Source of the DNA: an uncultured virus (IMG/VR IMGVR_UViG_3300029305_009042)
Lineage: Duplodnaviria > Heunggongvirae > Uroviricota > Caudoviricetes
IMG/VR virus record: IMGVR_UViG_3300029305_009042
DNA length: 64,000 nt
Reading direction: 5' to 3' (one strand)
The translations under genes and the position numbers were made by a program. The notes below the pieces were generated by a model. The model had not been told where the DNA came from. It searched no databases and worked only from the letters and a program-made list of their open reading frames with translations. The stretch's first letter is position 1. Every line of letters starts with the position of its first letter. Shown here in pieces: positions 55,762 to 64,000 of the stretch.

Positions 55762-56782
55762 ACAGCTTCTCCTTAATAAAGGTTTCCAGCATGTATGGCG
55801 GAGTTTCACCAGGATCGTTATATCCTTCAGGTATCCCCAGAAATTGAACATCTGCCGCACCTGCATTCCGCAGCTGCTGCACGATACGATTCCCGTCCGC
55901 TTCCGCGTCACGGTCTAACATAACCACTATCTTTTTGCCGCTCAACTCTTTCAGGATCAGACTTTTCTGACCAAGGGATAATGCCTTCCCAAAAAGACAT
56001 ACGGCAGGATCTCCTATCCGCCATACATCCGCGACCCCTTCTGTGAGCACCACGTATGCTCCCTTCCGGGCCGCGTCAAAATTGTACAAAACGCTTCCGA
56101 CAGACAATCCGGGTGAAGTGAAATACTTCGGCCCTCTCGCACTGTCTGAAATTTTTCTGGCCTGCCAGCCCACCTGAACGTGACCCTGACAGATCGGAAT
56201 GATCAGCCGTCCGTTCGCCATCTTCTCGATGACAGACGACGCCCTCTCATTCTCGTAATAACCAAGCTGAAACGTTTTCGCAATAGAAAGATCAAAACCC
56301 CTGGACAATAAATACTGATTTGCCGAATGTTCGGGAGGAAGATCCGACAGAAGCCGAACATTTTCCAGCACCGGCACCGGACGCACCACCGCCGGAGGCG
56401 GCGTCTTCTGAAGTTTCTTCGCAAGCGCCATGTTGACAGGCTGTGTCCGATAAGCTACCGCGACATCCTGAAAAAGCCGGTTTCGGTTTTCCGGTTTCTC
56501 AAGACATTTGTGATAGCAGTTCGCAAGCCGGATCGCGTTGCCATACGGATCACTCAGCCCGTACTGGTGATTAATATACAGGTGAAAGCCGGTATCCTGA
56601 CAGAACGGGCAGCAGACATGATACTCCTCCCCATGATTCATTCCCGTAACATAGCGGGTAAACCATTTGCCTGTTACCGGATCTTTATAAACCTCAGGAG
56701 GATCACCCGTCTCTCCCGCCCGGGCTACACGAACCTCACCAAAAAGTTCCTGCAGCTTCAGATACAGTCTGGGATTTTGCAT
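55727..56782 (-). CDS. DNA primase (DnaG-like, Zn finger + Toprim)
   Basis: CPFC...HLYIN, GWQAR, KYFT, LTEGVAD and MLDRDA motifs. Confidence 0.9.
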   Translation of the reverse strand: MQNPRLYLKLQELFGEVRVARAGETGDPPEVYKDPVTGKWFTRYVTGMNHGEEYHVCCPFCQDTGFHLYINHQYGLSDPYGNAIRLANCYHKCLEKPENRNRLFQDVAVAYRTQPVNMALAKKLQKTPPPAVVRPVPVLENVRLLSDLPPEHSANQYLLSRGFDLSIAKTFQLGYYENERASSVIEKMANGRLIIPICQGHVQVGWQARKISDSARGPKYFTSPGLSVGSVLYNFDAARKGAYVVLTEGVADVWRIGDPAVCLFGKALSLGQKSLILKELSGKKIVVMLDRDAEADGNRIVQQLRNAGAADVQFLGIPEGYNDPGETPPYMLETFIKEKLYGKSSDSGTGL

Positions 56783-56790
56783 AGGTCCTC

Positions 56791-58410
56791 CTAAAGCATT
56801 TCAGCCCGATCATTGCCTCTCCGCTCAAACCCGCGAAGACGCGGATTCGGACGGAACTGCGACGTAACTTCATTCAGCCGAACGAAATCCTCATCATGCT
56901 GAAGAATGATCCCGTCCCGCATGTCTGTGCACCCGGCGTTGCGCTGCTTTGCCGCAACACAATAAAGCCGGGGTCCTCCGCAGCCTCTGCGCTGCGCCCC
57001 GTCCGGAACCCCCAGAACAAGACACAGCTGCATGTTTACCGGCAGGCTCTTGCAGCCTTCACCATCTGCAAGCGAAGGCTTGCGAAGAGGTGAGTAGCTG
57101 TTCGCCACACCGGAAAGCTGGTGCATGACCCAGACCGCACAGTTCAGTTCCCCGGCCAGCTTCATGCGAAGCTCGTCGCCGATGGACTTCAGCCGTCCAT
57201 AGTACTCGTCATTGTTGTAATTCGCCTGCCGCATGCACAGCAGACCGATATAGTCAATGAAGATCGACCGGATCGTTGTTCCGCACTGTTCCTGAATACG
57301 CCGGGCGTCCATCAGGATCTCCATGACACCGCCGCAGCCCATCTTTCGCTTGACCGCGGCACTCTCCGGAGTATCCGTCAGGTCCGGAACACCGGAAAAG
57401 TTTCTGATCCGGATCGTCTTGTTGGCGATCTGACTGAACTGATTGTACCGCTCCCGCTCAAACTGTGTGATGCCGTTCGGCCAGCGGCGCAGCTCATACT
57501 CATAGGCGTTGTTCATCCCGGTGGAGACCGGACGAATAATCCCATGATCCGCGTCCCGGGAGATCGAGATCCGGTCCCGCCGGATACTGGCTCCCGAGGA
57601 GAGAAACCTCCGCAGCTGTGCATCCCGATTCTCCTCATAGGTGTAGTACAGGACCAGCTGAGGCGCCGCACCCGTTCGGCAGGACTCCGCGAAAGACTGC
57701 CGGGCACAGCTGACGGCGGTGCTGACCGCGAAAGTCGTTTTTCCCGCGCCGGTAGCCCCCATGACACAATAGCACTCTCCCGGAGCTTCACCTCCGCCAA
57801 GCGCCCGGTCAAGATACGGAACCCCGGTAGGCTGCCGCGGCGTCTCCTCAGGAAGCGAGTCAAAGAACTCGTCCGTAAACGGCAGTTCCGCACTGTCCGT
57901 CGTACCGGCAGTCTGGATCATCCGCGCCTGCTCCGCCAACGACTCCAGCTTATCCGTAAGCGCCTCTTCCTCCTGAAAAGATCGAAGCGCATACAGACCG
58001 CTCGTCACGACACGGTCCTCAAGGAACCGGCGCATGAGCGATGTTCCGATCACCGTGTTCAGCTCGTCCTCGTCGTCAAAGACATACGCCAGAAAACCGC
58101 TTTCCGGATCCCTGTCCTGTACCAGCTTGAACTCGAGATCCTCGTCTACGAATACATCCCGCAGGACCTCCCGCAGATAGTACTCCATCAGCCCTCGAGT
58201 CGGAGCTTCCGAAGTCTCCTGCTCCTGATAGTACCTTTTCAGTGCCTGCCACAGGTACAGAAGCGGCAGCTCCTCATAGTTGTCTCCCTGATAGATTCCA
58301 TCGCGGGGCACCTTAAAACAGGTATCCTTCAAAAGGGAAGCATACGTCTGATACAGAACCGGCAGGCGGATCAGATGCTTCACCGCGATCAAAACTTCAA
58401 TAATTTCCAT
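56791..58410 (-). CDS. Replicative DnaB-like (SF4) helicase
   Basis: PTGVPYLDRALGGG, Walker A GATGAGKTT, IFIDY, MHQL and AKQR motifs. Confidence 0.88.
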   Translation of the reverse strand: MEIIEVLIAVKHLIRLPVLYQTYASLLKDTCFKVPRDGIYQGDNYEELPLLYLWQALKRYYQEQETSEAPTRGLMEYYLREVLRDVFVDEDLEFKLVQDRDPESGFLAYVFDDEDELNTVIGTSLMRRFLEDRVVTSGLYALRSFQEEEALTDKLESLAEQARMIQTAGTTDSAELPFTDEFFDSLPEETPRQPTGVPYLDRALGGGEAPGECYCVMGATGAGKTTFAVSTAVSCARQSFAESCRTGAAPQLVLYYTYEENRDAQLRRFLSSGASIRRDRISISRDADHGIIRPVSTGMNNAYEYELRRWPNGITQFERERYNQFSQIANKTIRIRNFSGVPDLTDTPESAAVKRKMGCGGVMEILMDARRIQEQCGTTIRSIFIDYIGLLCMRQANYNNDEYYGRLKSIGDELRMKLAGELNCAVWVMHQLSGVANSYSPLRKPSLADGEGCKSLPVNMQLCLVLGVPDGAQRRGCGGPRLYCVAAKQRNAGCTDMRDGIILQHDEDFVRLNEVTSQFRPNPRLRGFERRGNDRAEML

Positions 58411-59176
58411 GGCTCCTCCATTCAGGCGGTATCCTACCTCCGCAAAAACGATCGTAGGCATGACGCTTCTGGCAATACTGCTCATACGCATCCTGCCGTA
58501 AATCTTTCACAAAGTGCGCTTTGCCATTCAAGGCAGCAAAACAATACCGAACCAGCGGCGAAACAGAGATCCCAGGATCACAGACAGCATTCACCAGGGA
58601 CATGACCGGGTCCTCTCCCAGATGCCTGCGGATCTCCACCTCAGAAAGAAGGGTCTTTTCCTCAGCATCCCACGCATCCTTTACAGACGCATCGTTTTGC
58701 AGCTCCCGCTTGTACCTTTCGATATACTCCGACTTCACGGCCTCCTGAGGAGACCGGATCGTGTACCGGGACAGCGTGTCCTGCAAATAGGACTCCACGT
58801 CCAAACCATGGTCCAGCAGTTTCTGCGCGACGGACGGCCATACCGGCTTGTACTTTCGCCCGTCTACTGCCGTGCCGCCGTCATACCTCGGCATTCTGGT
58901 CTTTCCGTATCTGGTATTGTTCTGCTCATTGTAGAGCCTGAAATAAACTTCTCTAAAAACTTCACAAGCGCTTCCAGCCACTTTGGGTCCATCCTGCTTC
59001 TTCGTATGTCTGTTTTCTGCTGCATGCGTTCCGATAAAACGGAGAATTCGTTCCGTCAAACCGGTCCACAATATCCACAACTCTTGCCGAAGACTTTCCA
59101 TCCGCGACACGGGAGGCACGCCCGCCGCCCTGCATCGCTGAAATGGAAGAAGCCCGCGCCGATGCGTTAATGACAA
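58397..59176 (-). CDS. Hypothetical protein (true start probably downstream of the ORF-track start)
   Basis: Between the two helicases; the N-terminal part overlaps the SF2 gene. Confidence 0.5.
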   Translation of the reverse strand: MSLTHRRGLLPFQRCRAAGVPPVSRMESLRQELWILWTGLTERILRFIGTHAAENRHTKKQDGPKVAGSACEVFREVYFRLYNEQNNTRYGKTRMPRYDGGTAVDGRKYKPVWPSVAQKLLDHGLDVESYLQDTLSRYTIRSPQEAVKSEYIERYKRELQNDASVKDAWDAEEKTLLSEVEIRRHLGEDPVMSLVNAVCDPGISVSPLVRYCFAALNGKAHFVKDLRQDAYEQYCQKRHAYDRFCGGRIPPEWRSHGNY

Positions 59177-60434
59177 CGGACAGATCCGGAAAATCTACAC
59201 CCGTAGACCAGACATCCGTCGCGATCACACGCCGAAGAGTCCCGTTTTTGAACTCTTCCTTCATGCGGTTCCGATCCTTTGCCTTCAGCGGAACATAGTC
59301 CTCCGGAAGCAGCCCCTGCCTTTGATACCGGTACAGATCATCCGGTTTCAGATTGCCGTGTACCAGCGTAAATTCCGGCAGGTACTGTTTCAGATAGAGC
59401 GCATGCTCAATCGTAGAGACCAGGATCAGGACCTTCTCGTCTTCCGCACACTTCTCATTCACGTAACTGGAGATCAGTGCATTCCGATACCCGTTTCGCC
59501 AGATAAGATGCCGGTTTCGGGAAACCGTCTCGCTCCACATTCCGGAGGTCCCGTCCGCGTCGAAACAATGAAGCCACTCGACTGTGATCGGGACCACCAG
59601 CCCGCCCTGAACTCCTGCCTCATAGTTCATGTTATAAATAACATCCCCGAAGATCCAGTTCAGCGCGGTGTCCGCTCCGTCCGAGCGTCCCTTTGGCGTC
59701 GCTGTAAACCCGTACATCCTTGAGACGGTGTACTTGGTCAGCAGGACATCCATGTACGTTGGAGCCGCAGCCTGATGACACTCATCGAAAATCAGAAACG
59801 CCACATCCTGCGTATCCAGCCGTCCAAGACTGTCCGCGGTAATTACTGTGACCCGGCAATCCCGATCCTTACGCTCACCGCAGAACATTCCGACATCGGG
59901 CGTGACCGATACCAGACGCCGGTAAATCTCATTCAGAACATCCCGGGACCGGGTGCAGATATGAAACTTCGCCGTCGGGTACATCTGGATCAGTACACTT
60001 AACAGAAACGTCTTTCCAAAGCCGACCGGAGCGCACAATACTCCATGGCGTCCCTGAATGAACGCTTCGAGGGCTTCCAGCTGCCCCGTTCGGAAAGCGT
60101 ACCGATCCAGCACGGACCGATCCGGTTCCAGATGAATATAATTCTGGTCCGGCGGCGTCAGGTCCTGACACTGGAGGGTGTGCCCTTCCTTCTGAAGAAA
60201 ACGCACGACCGCCGGACACATGCCGTAGGTCGTGATCAGAGTGTCCTTTGTCGTATCCACCATCATGTAGACCGGTGTCGCGACATACTGCCACTTGCGC
60301 CCGCTCCGGATCCTCTCCGTCTTTGTGTACTGGAATGTATTGTGTAAAGAAGAACGGAGCCCCGGCTCCAATGCCGTGCCCCGCTCGCCTCGGATCTCAA
60401 TGGAATTTCCATTCCTCAGGATCTGCACATTCAT
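58962..60434 (-). CDS. SF2 DEAD/DEAH (UvsW-like) helicase
   Basis: APVGFGKT, DECH, TAT, TGVDFP and QGGGRASR motifs. Confidence 0.9.
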   Translation of the reverse strand: MNVQILRNGNSIEIRGERGTALEPGLRSSLHNTFQYTKTERIRSGRKWQYVATPVYMMVDTTKDTLITTYGMCPAVVRFLQKEGHTLQCQDLTPPDQNYIHLEPDRSVLDRYAFRTGQLEALEAFIQGRHGVLCAPVGFGKTFLLSVLIQMYPTAKFHICTRSRDVLNEIYRRLVSVTPDVGMFCGERKDRDCRVTVITADSLGRLDTQDVAFLIFDECHQAAAPTYMDVLLTKYTVSRMYGFTATPKGRSDGADTALNWIFGDVIYNMNYEAGVQGGLVVPITVEWLHCFDADGTSGMWSETVSRNRHLIWRNGYRNALISSYVNEKCAEDEKVLILVSTIEHALYLKQYLPEFTLVHGNLKPDDLYRYQRQGLLPEDYVPLKAKDRNRMKEEFKNGTLRRVIATDVWSTGVDFPDLSVVINASARASSISAMQGGGRASRVADGKSSARVVDIVDRFDGTNSPFYRNACSRKQTYEEAGWTQSGWKRL

Positions 60435-60733
60435 GATTTCAGGTCCTCGATAATTTCTTCCAGCTTCTTTGCCGAACAAAGCCCCTGAAATTCCGCTTGA
60501 ATTTCCTTGTCTTTCCATATCTGCGTGTACGGCAGGCGGTCGATCGTGAACTCTGAAGACAACTCCGGCGAATCTTCCAGACGTACCTGCGTAAAGCTCA
60601 CTTCCGGATACTTTTTCTTAAGCTGCGCCTGTACCATCCCAGCGGCACGGCAGGCAGCACAGTTGTCGGCGCCGAACTCCACGATGTGGATCTCTCCGTC
60701 GCTTACCAGCTTATACAGTTCTTCTCTTGTCAT
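60431..60733 (-). CDS. Thioredoxin-family protein
   Basis: FGADNCAAC and cis-Pro RLP. Confidence 0.8.
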   Translation of the reverse strand: MTREELYKLVSDGEIHIVEFGADNCAACRAAGMVQAQLKKKYPEVSFTQVRLEDSPELSSEFTIDRLPYTQIWKDKEIQAEFQGLCSAKKLEEIIEDLKS

Positions 60734-62832
60734 TTCTTTTCTCCTAAGTCAACTAACGAATTGAATAATGGGCGCAGCATCTCATCATGCGTCACGATGA
60801 AGATCTGCAGATCCGAAAACACCGGGGATTCCTTCAGACGCTTCAGCACATCCGTCAACGCGCCTCGGTTTCTGGAATCCAGAAAAGTCGTAGGCTCGTC
60901 CAGCATCACGAAACCGCCGGTGTCATCCTGCGCAAATACGGAATGAAGCGCAAGCCGGAACGCGATCGACAACAGCATCTTCTCCCCTCCGGAGAGTCTG
61001 GCTGCCAGCTGCACCGTTCCGTTATCGAAGTGACAGAAAAAGTCTCCGCCCTCCACGAACTCTACCGTAAACGGTGCGTTAAATTCGGTCAGGTATATCC
61101 GGATCTTCTCTGTCAGCTTCCTGTAGATGTCGCAGGCAACTTTCGCCGGAAACGCCTTGATGTGGAACATATCCGCCAATGCGTGCAGGTCCCGACGAAG
61201 CTCCGGATCCGTCTCCTTCAGCTGATTCCGGATCCTGAGAACATCCTGCGAGATCCCTTCCAGCTCCAGTGCGATCCCGTCATACTGAACACGCTCCAGA
61301 AGCTGGTCCTTCACCTGCTGGATCTGTTTATTAATAACAGCCTGCTCCTGTTCCAGTGCAGCCGTATCCTGAACCTCCATCTCAGACCACACTGGATTCT
61401 CCTGAATCGCCTGAAGATTACGGTTCAGCTCTTCGAGCCGTGTCTGAAGACGTTCCTGCTCCTGCCGCCACGCCTGAGACGCGGCTTCGTGACCGGACAC
61501 TTTCTTCAGGGACTCTCTAAGGTTATGGACTTCAAGATCCAGATCTGTCAAGTCCTTCTCCAGCGCAGGGAATACCTCTGCCGGTACTCCCATGTAGCCG
61601 AGACTGGCAAGCGGCTGCTCCAATGCCTCAAGATGCGAAGCATACTGCGAGTTCCGGCGGGCCTGTTTCTCGATCTCCTGTTTCCGGAGTGTCATATACG
61701 ATTTCAGCTCCGAGAGCTTCTGCCGCGCCTCCGTAAAGTGTGCCTGCGCCTTTCGCAGGTCATCCTCAGTCCATGATGTTTTCGCCCCGCACGTGGGACA
61801 GCGTCCCTCTGTGCCGCAGCCGGTGATCAGATCAAAGAGCTTTTGTGCCTCCTTCGTCTCCGCAACCAGATCGGTATACTGTGCCTGAAGCCGATCCAGC
61901 TCGTCCGGATCAATCTCTTCCGGAGGAGCGAGTCTCAGAAAGGCAGAAGCCTGTTTATACACTGCGCTGCGCTCCGCCTGCCGCTGAAGGGAAAGCGTTA
62001 ATTGAGTCTCCAGATCCGCCCGGGAGCGGGTCTCCTCGCAGACAGGAGCCGGCTCCCGCAGCCGTTCCTGTATCATCTGCAGCTCTGCCTCCCCTTTTTC
62101 CTGCTGTGCAGACAGATACGCCCGCAGCTGCACAGAACCAAGTCTTCTGGCCGTCTCCTGTCCGGATTCCGTCAGAGACTTCAGCATATCCTCCAGCGTC
62201 TGTTTTGGCGGCAGGGAAGCGAAACTTTGAAGGAATGCTTCTTTCTGCGCCCGCTGATCCGACAAAAGAACCAGCTGCGCTTCCAGTTCCGCCGCCTTCT
62301 GATCTACGGTCTGCAGGATCTCCATGATCTTCTTTCGCTCCCGTTCAAAAAACTGAAGCGAAAAGACCCGCTGCAGTATCTGATTCCGTTTTGCGGAAGT
62401 CTCGCGGAAGAGCGACACCAGATCTTCCTGCGGGGTACAGAAGACCTGACACGCCACGTCCGCCGAGATGTGGATCATCTCCGCGATCAAGGCCCGGGCA
62501 TCCGCAGAAGTTTTCGTGATGACCTCCCAGATACCGTCGTTCAGACGACTCACGGAAACAGTCCCGTTCTGAATGGCGCGGGTGATCTTATAATTTTCCG
62601 CGCCGTTATCCGTGCAGATCTCCAGCGCGACAGATCCGGTCTTTTCCCCGGTGCTGATATACTCCAGCTTGTTTGTGGGAGTATACCCTGTCAGAGCATA
62701 CACCAGTGCCCGGATGATATTACTCTTTCCGGATCCGTTAGGACCCAGGATCCCGACCAGTCCCGCGTCAAAATGCACGGTGAGTTCCCGGTGCTGGCAC
62801 CAATTGACCAACTGTAATCCTTTTATTTTCAT
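60730..62832 (-). CDS. SbcC/Rad50 (gp46-like) SMC ATPase
   Basis: GPNGSGKS, coiled coils, CPTC hook, LSGGE, LDEPT and VTH motifs. Confidence 0.93.
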   Translation of the reverse strand: MKIKGLQLVNWCQHRELTVHFDAGLVGILGPNGSGKSNIIRALVYALTGYTPTNKLEYISTGEKTGSVALEICTDNGAENYKITRAIQNGTVSVSRLNDGIWEVITKTSADARALIAEMIHISADVACQVFCTPQEDLVSLFRETSAKRNQILQRVFSLQFFERERKKIMEILQTVDQKAAELEAQLVLLSDQRAQKEAFLQSFASLPPKQTLEDMLKSLTESGQETARRLGSVQLRAYLSAQQEKGEAELQMIQERLREPAPVCEETRSRADLETQLTLSLQRQAERSAVYKQASAFLRLAPPEEIDPDELDRLQAQYTDLVAETKEAQKLFDLITGCGTEGRCPTCGAKTSWTEDDLRKAQAHFTEARQKLSELKSYMTLRKQEIEKQARRNSQYASHLEALEQPLASLGYMGVPAEVFPALEKDLTDLDLEVHNLRESLKKVSGHEAASQAWRQEQERLQTRLEELNRNLQAIQENPVWSEMEVQDTAALEQEQAVINKQIQQVKDQLLERVQYDGIALELEGISQDVLRIRNQLKETDPELRRDLHALADMFHIKAFPAKVACDIYRKLTEKIRIYLTEFNAPFTVEFVEGGDFFCHFDNGTVQLAARLSGGEKMLLSIAFRLALHSVFAQDDTGGFVMLDEPTTFLDSRNRGALTDVLKRLKESPVFSDLQIFIVTHDEMLRPLFNSLVDLGEKK

Positions 62833-62927
62833 AATGTTCCTTTACAACCTGATTCAAGACTTTATCATAAAGTGTACAAAACGATGCCCGGGTGTCCTTT
62901 ACAGCTTCCGACACCCGGGCTTTTCTT

Positions 62928-64000
62928 TTATAGTGAAAAATGCTCTTTGAGGTCTTCAAAGAATCGATCCTCATTTGTCAGCGCATCTCTGGCCAGCTCC
63001 TTCACTCTGTCTTCCGTCTGATATGTCTGAAGCGACTCTATTGCGTAGGACAGCGCGTTGGAAGCCAATACTGCATCTGTATTCTCCGACGGTACGATCC
63101 GCTCCTGTACCGGCACCGTCCTTCGAAACAGAAACAGTCCTTTCTCCGGATCCAGACCGTCTTTCGACCCGTAATGATCCAGCAGATACTTTACTGCCTC
63201 TTCTTCAAACGCCTCTGCATGCAGCACAGTCAGGGGTGAGACTGAAAGAGTCCTTCGATACCTCTCTGGTTCCCACTTCTGTCTGAACTCCTCGATCCGT
63301 GCCATCGTGAACGGACCGTCAAAGGTCAGATGGGTCATGGGACGGATCTCAAACGACTGATACATGGCTTTATAGCCATTATTCAGCGTTCGGCACATGA
63401 GCAGAAAACGTTTCTTTGACAGGAGCAGGCAGCCGCCTTCCGGTTCAGGAATGCTGCATCGATAAGCAGGTCCTGAGTAAAGCAGGTCGGTATGCTTCCC
63501 GTACAGATGCCGCTGTTCATGAATATCCCCCGCCAGTACGACAGGGAATCTCGCGTAAGTTTCCAGAGGTACGGATGCACTGATGAAACTGTCCTCCCTA
63601 TCCTCCACGAACTGGTGGACGACCAGAAAGTCTGAAACCTGTACAGACTCTAAATTTTCTTTGATTTTTCTGGGGGTAGTATAGTCCATTCCGGAGACGG
63701 TTTCACCCCCCGGCAGAGTCACCGGTTCCGGTCCCAGATGAATGGTGTTTCCGAGAAAGCTGGTCCATGACGGCAAAATGTCGTCGTGATTCCCGTTGAT
63801 ATAGTAGATGGGAATGTCCAGATACTTGTTTCTAAGGCGTATCGCCTCTTCCAGCAGGTCCGGAGTTATCCTTTTTGTGTCCCATATATCACCGCCGAGA
63901 ACGATGGAAACAGGCTCTCCATACTTTCTGGCGTCCTTTGCTGTCTCCAGCACACGCTGAAAACCGGTCAGGGAGTCATTTATTTTCAATCCCTGTGCCG
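62928..64000 (-). CDS. SbcD/Mre11 (gp47-like) nuclease; 5' end probably outside the window
   Basis: GGDIWD, GNHD, VHQ and GDIH metallophosphoesterase motifs; motif I is not within the window. Confidence 0.88.
   Translation of the reverse strand, partial: AQGLKINDSLTGFQRVLETAKDARKYGEPVSIVLGGDIWDTKRITPDLLEEAIRLRNKYLDIPIYYINGNHDDILPSWTSFLGNTIHLGPEPVTLPGGETVSGMDYTTPRKIKENLESVQVSDFLVVHQFVEDREDSFISASVPLETYARFPVVLAGDIHEQRHLYGKHTDLLYSGPAYRCSIPEPEGGCLLLSKKRFLLMCRTLNNGYKAMYQSFEIRPMTHLTFDGPFTMARIEEFRQKWEPERYRRTLSVSPLTVLHAEAFEEEAVKYLLDHYGSKDGLDPEKGLFLFRRTVPVQERIVPSENTDAVLASNALSYAIESLQTYQTEDRVKELARDALTNEDRFFEDLKEHFSL

Noticed and set aside
51807..58410. Inteins or introns in polymerase, primase or helicase
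   Set aside because: Motifs are contiguous, with no intein termini or homing-endonuclease inserts recognised.
42727..62950. Long plus-strand ORFs (e.g. 53484-55175, 57121-58605, 60787-61776)
   Set aside because: They are antisense shadows of well-supported minus-strand genes and carry no recognisable motifs.
1..64000. Stop-codon reassignment
   Set aside because: Core genes translate full length under the standard code with tight packing, so there is no sign of recoding despite the odd tRNA.
1..64000. Apparent abundance of TCCGGA/CCGGA
   Set aside because: Noticeable by eye, but it may follow from CCG-GAx codon pairs; it cannot be supported without a codon-aware count.

Overview
The window is a 64-kb slice of a large (probably jumbo) tailed-phage genome of roughly 55% GC, estimated by eye. 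Almost all genes are on the minus strand. The right third is a replication/recombination module: SbcD/SbcC-like nuclease pair, thioredoxin, SF2 helicase, DnaB-like helicase, primase, sigma factor, family-A DNA polymerase with an N-terminal UDG-like domain, putative SSB, RecA-like protein, Holliday-junction resolvase and ThyX, plus a five-tRNA cluster. The middle is an accessory region with nine BspA-type leucine-rich-repeat genes, dUTPase, a tandem DUF2829/Tad2-like protein and many small hypotheticals separated by duplicated promoter/terminator modules. The left end has MYG1, a class III ribonucleotide reductase, three plus-strand structural-like genes and a Fic gene. The standout is a compact RNA-guided locus at 5.9-7.8 kb. 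It has a TnpB with intact catalytic residues but no transposase and no downstream omegaRNA. Upstream lie a 6-repeat CRISPR array (29-bp type I-E-like repeats, 32-bp spacers) and a relocated omegaRNA-like scaffold whose 3' part can pair with the repeat. This looks like a phage-encoded TnpB-to-Cas12 intermediate. A second unexplained signal is the palindrome TTATTAATAA, dispersed every few kb across the window. All family calls come from motif recognition by eye; no searches were run.
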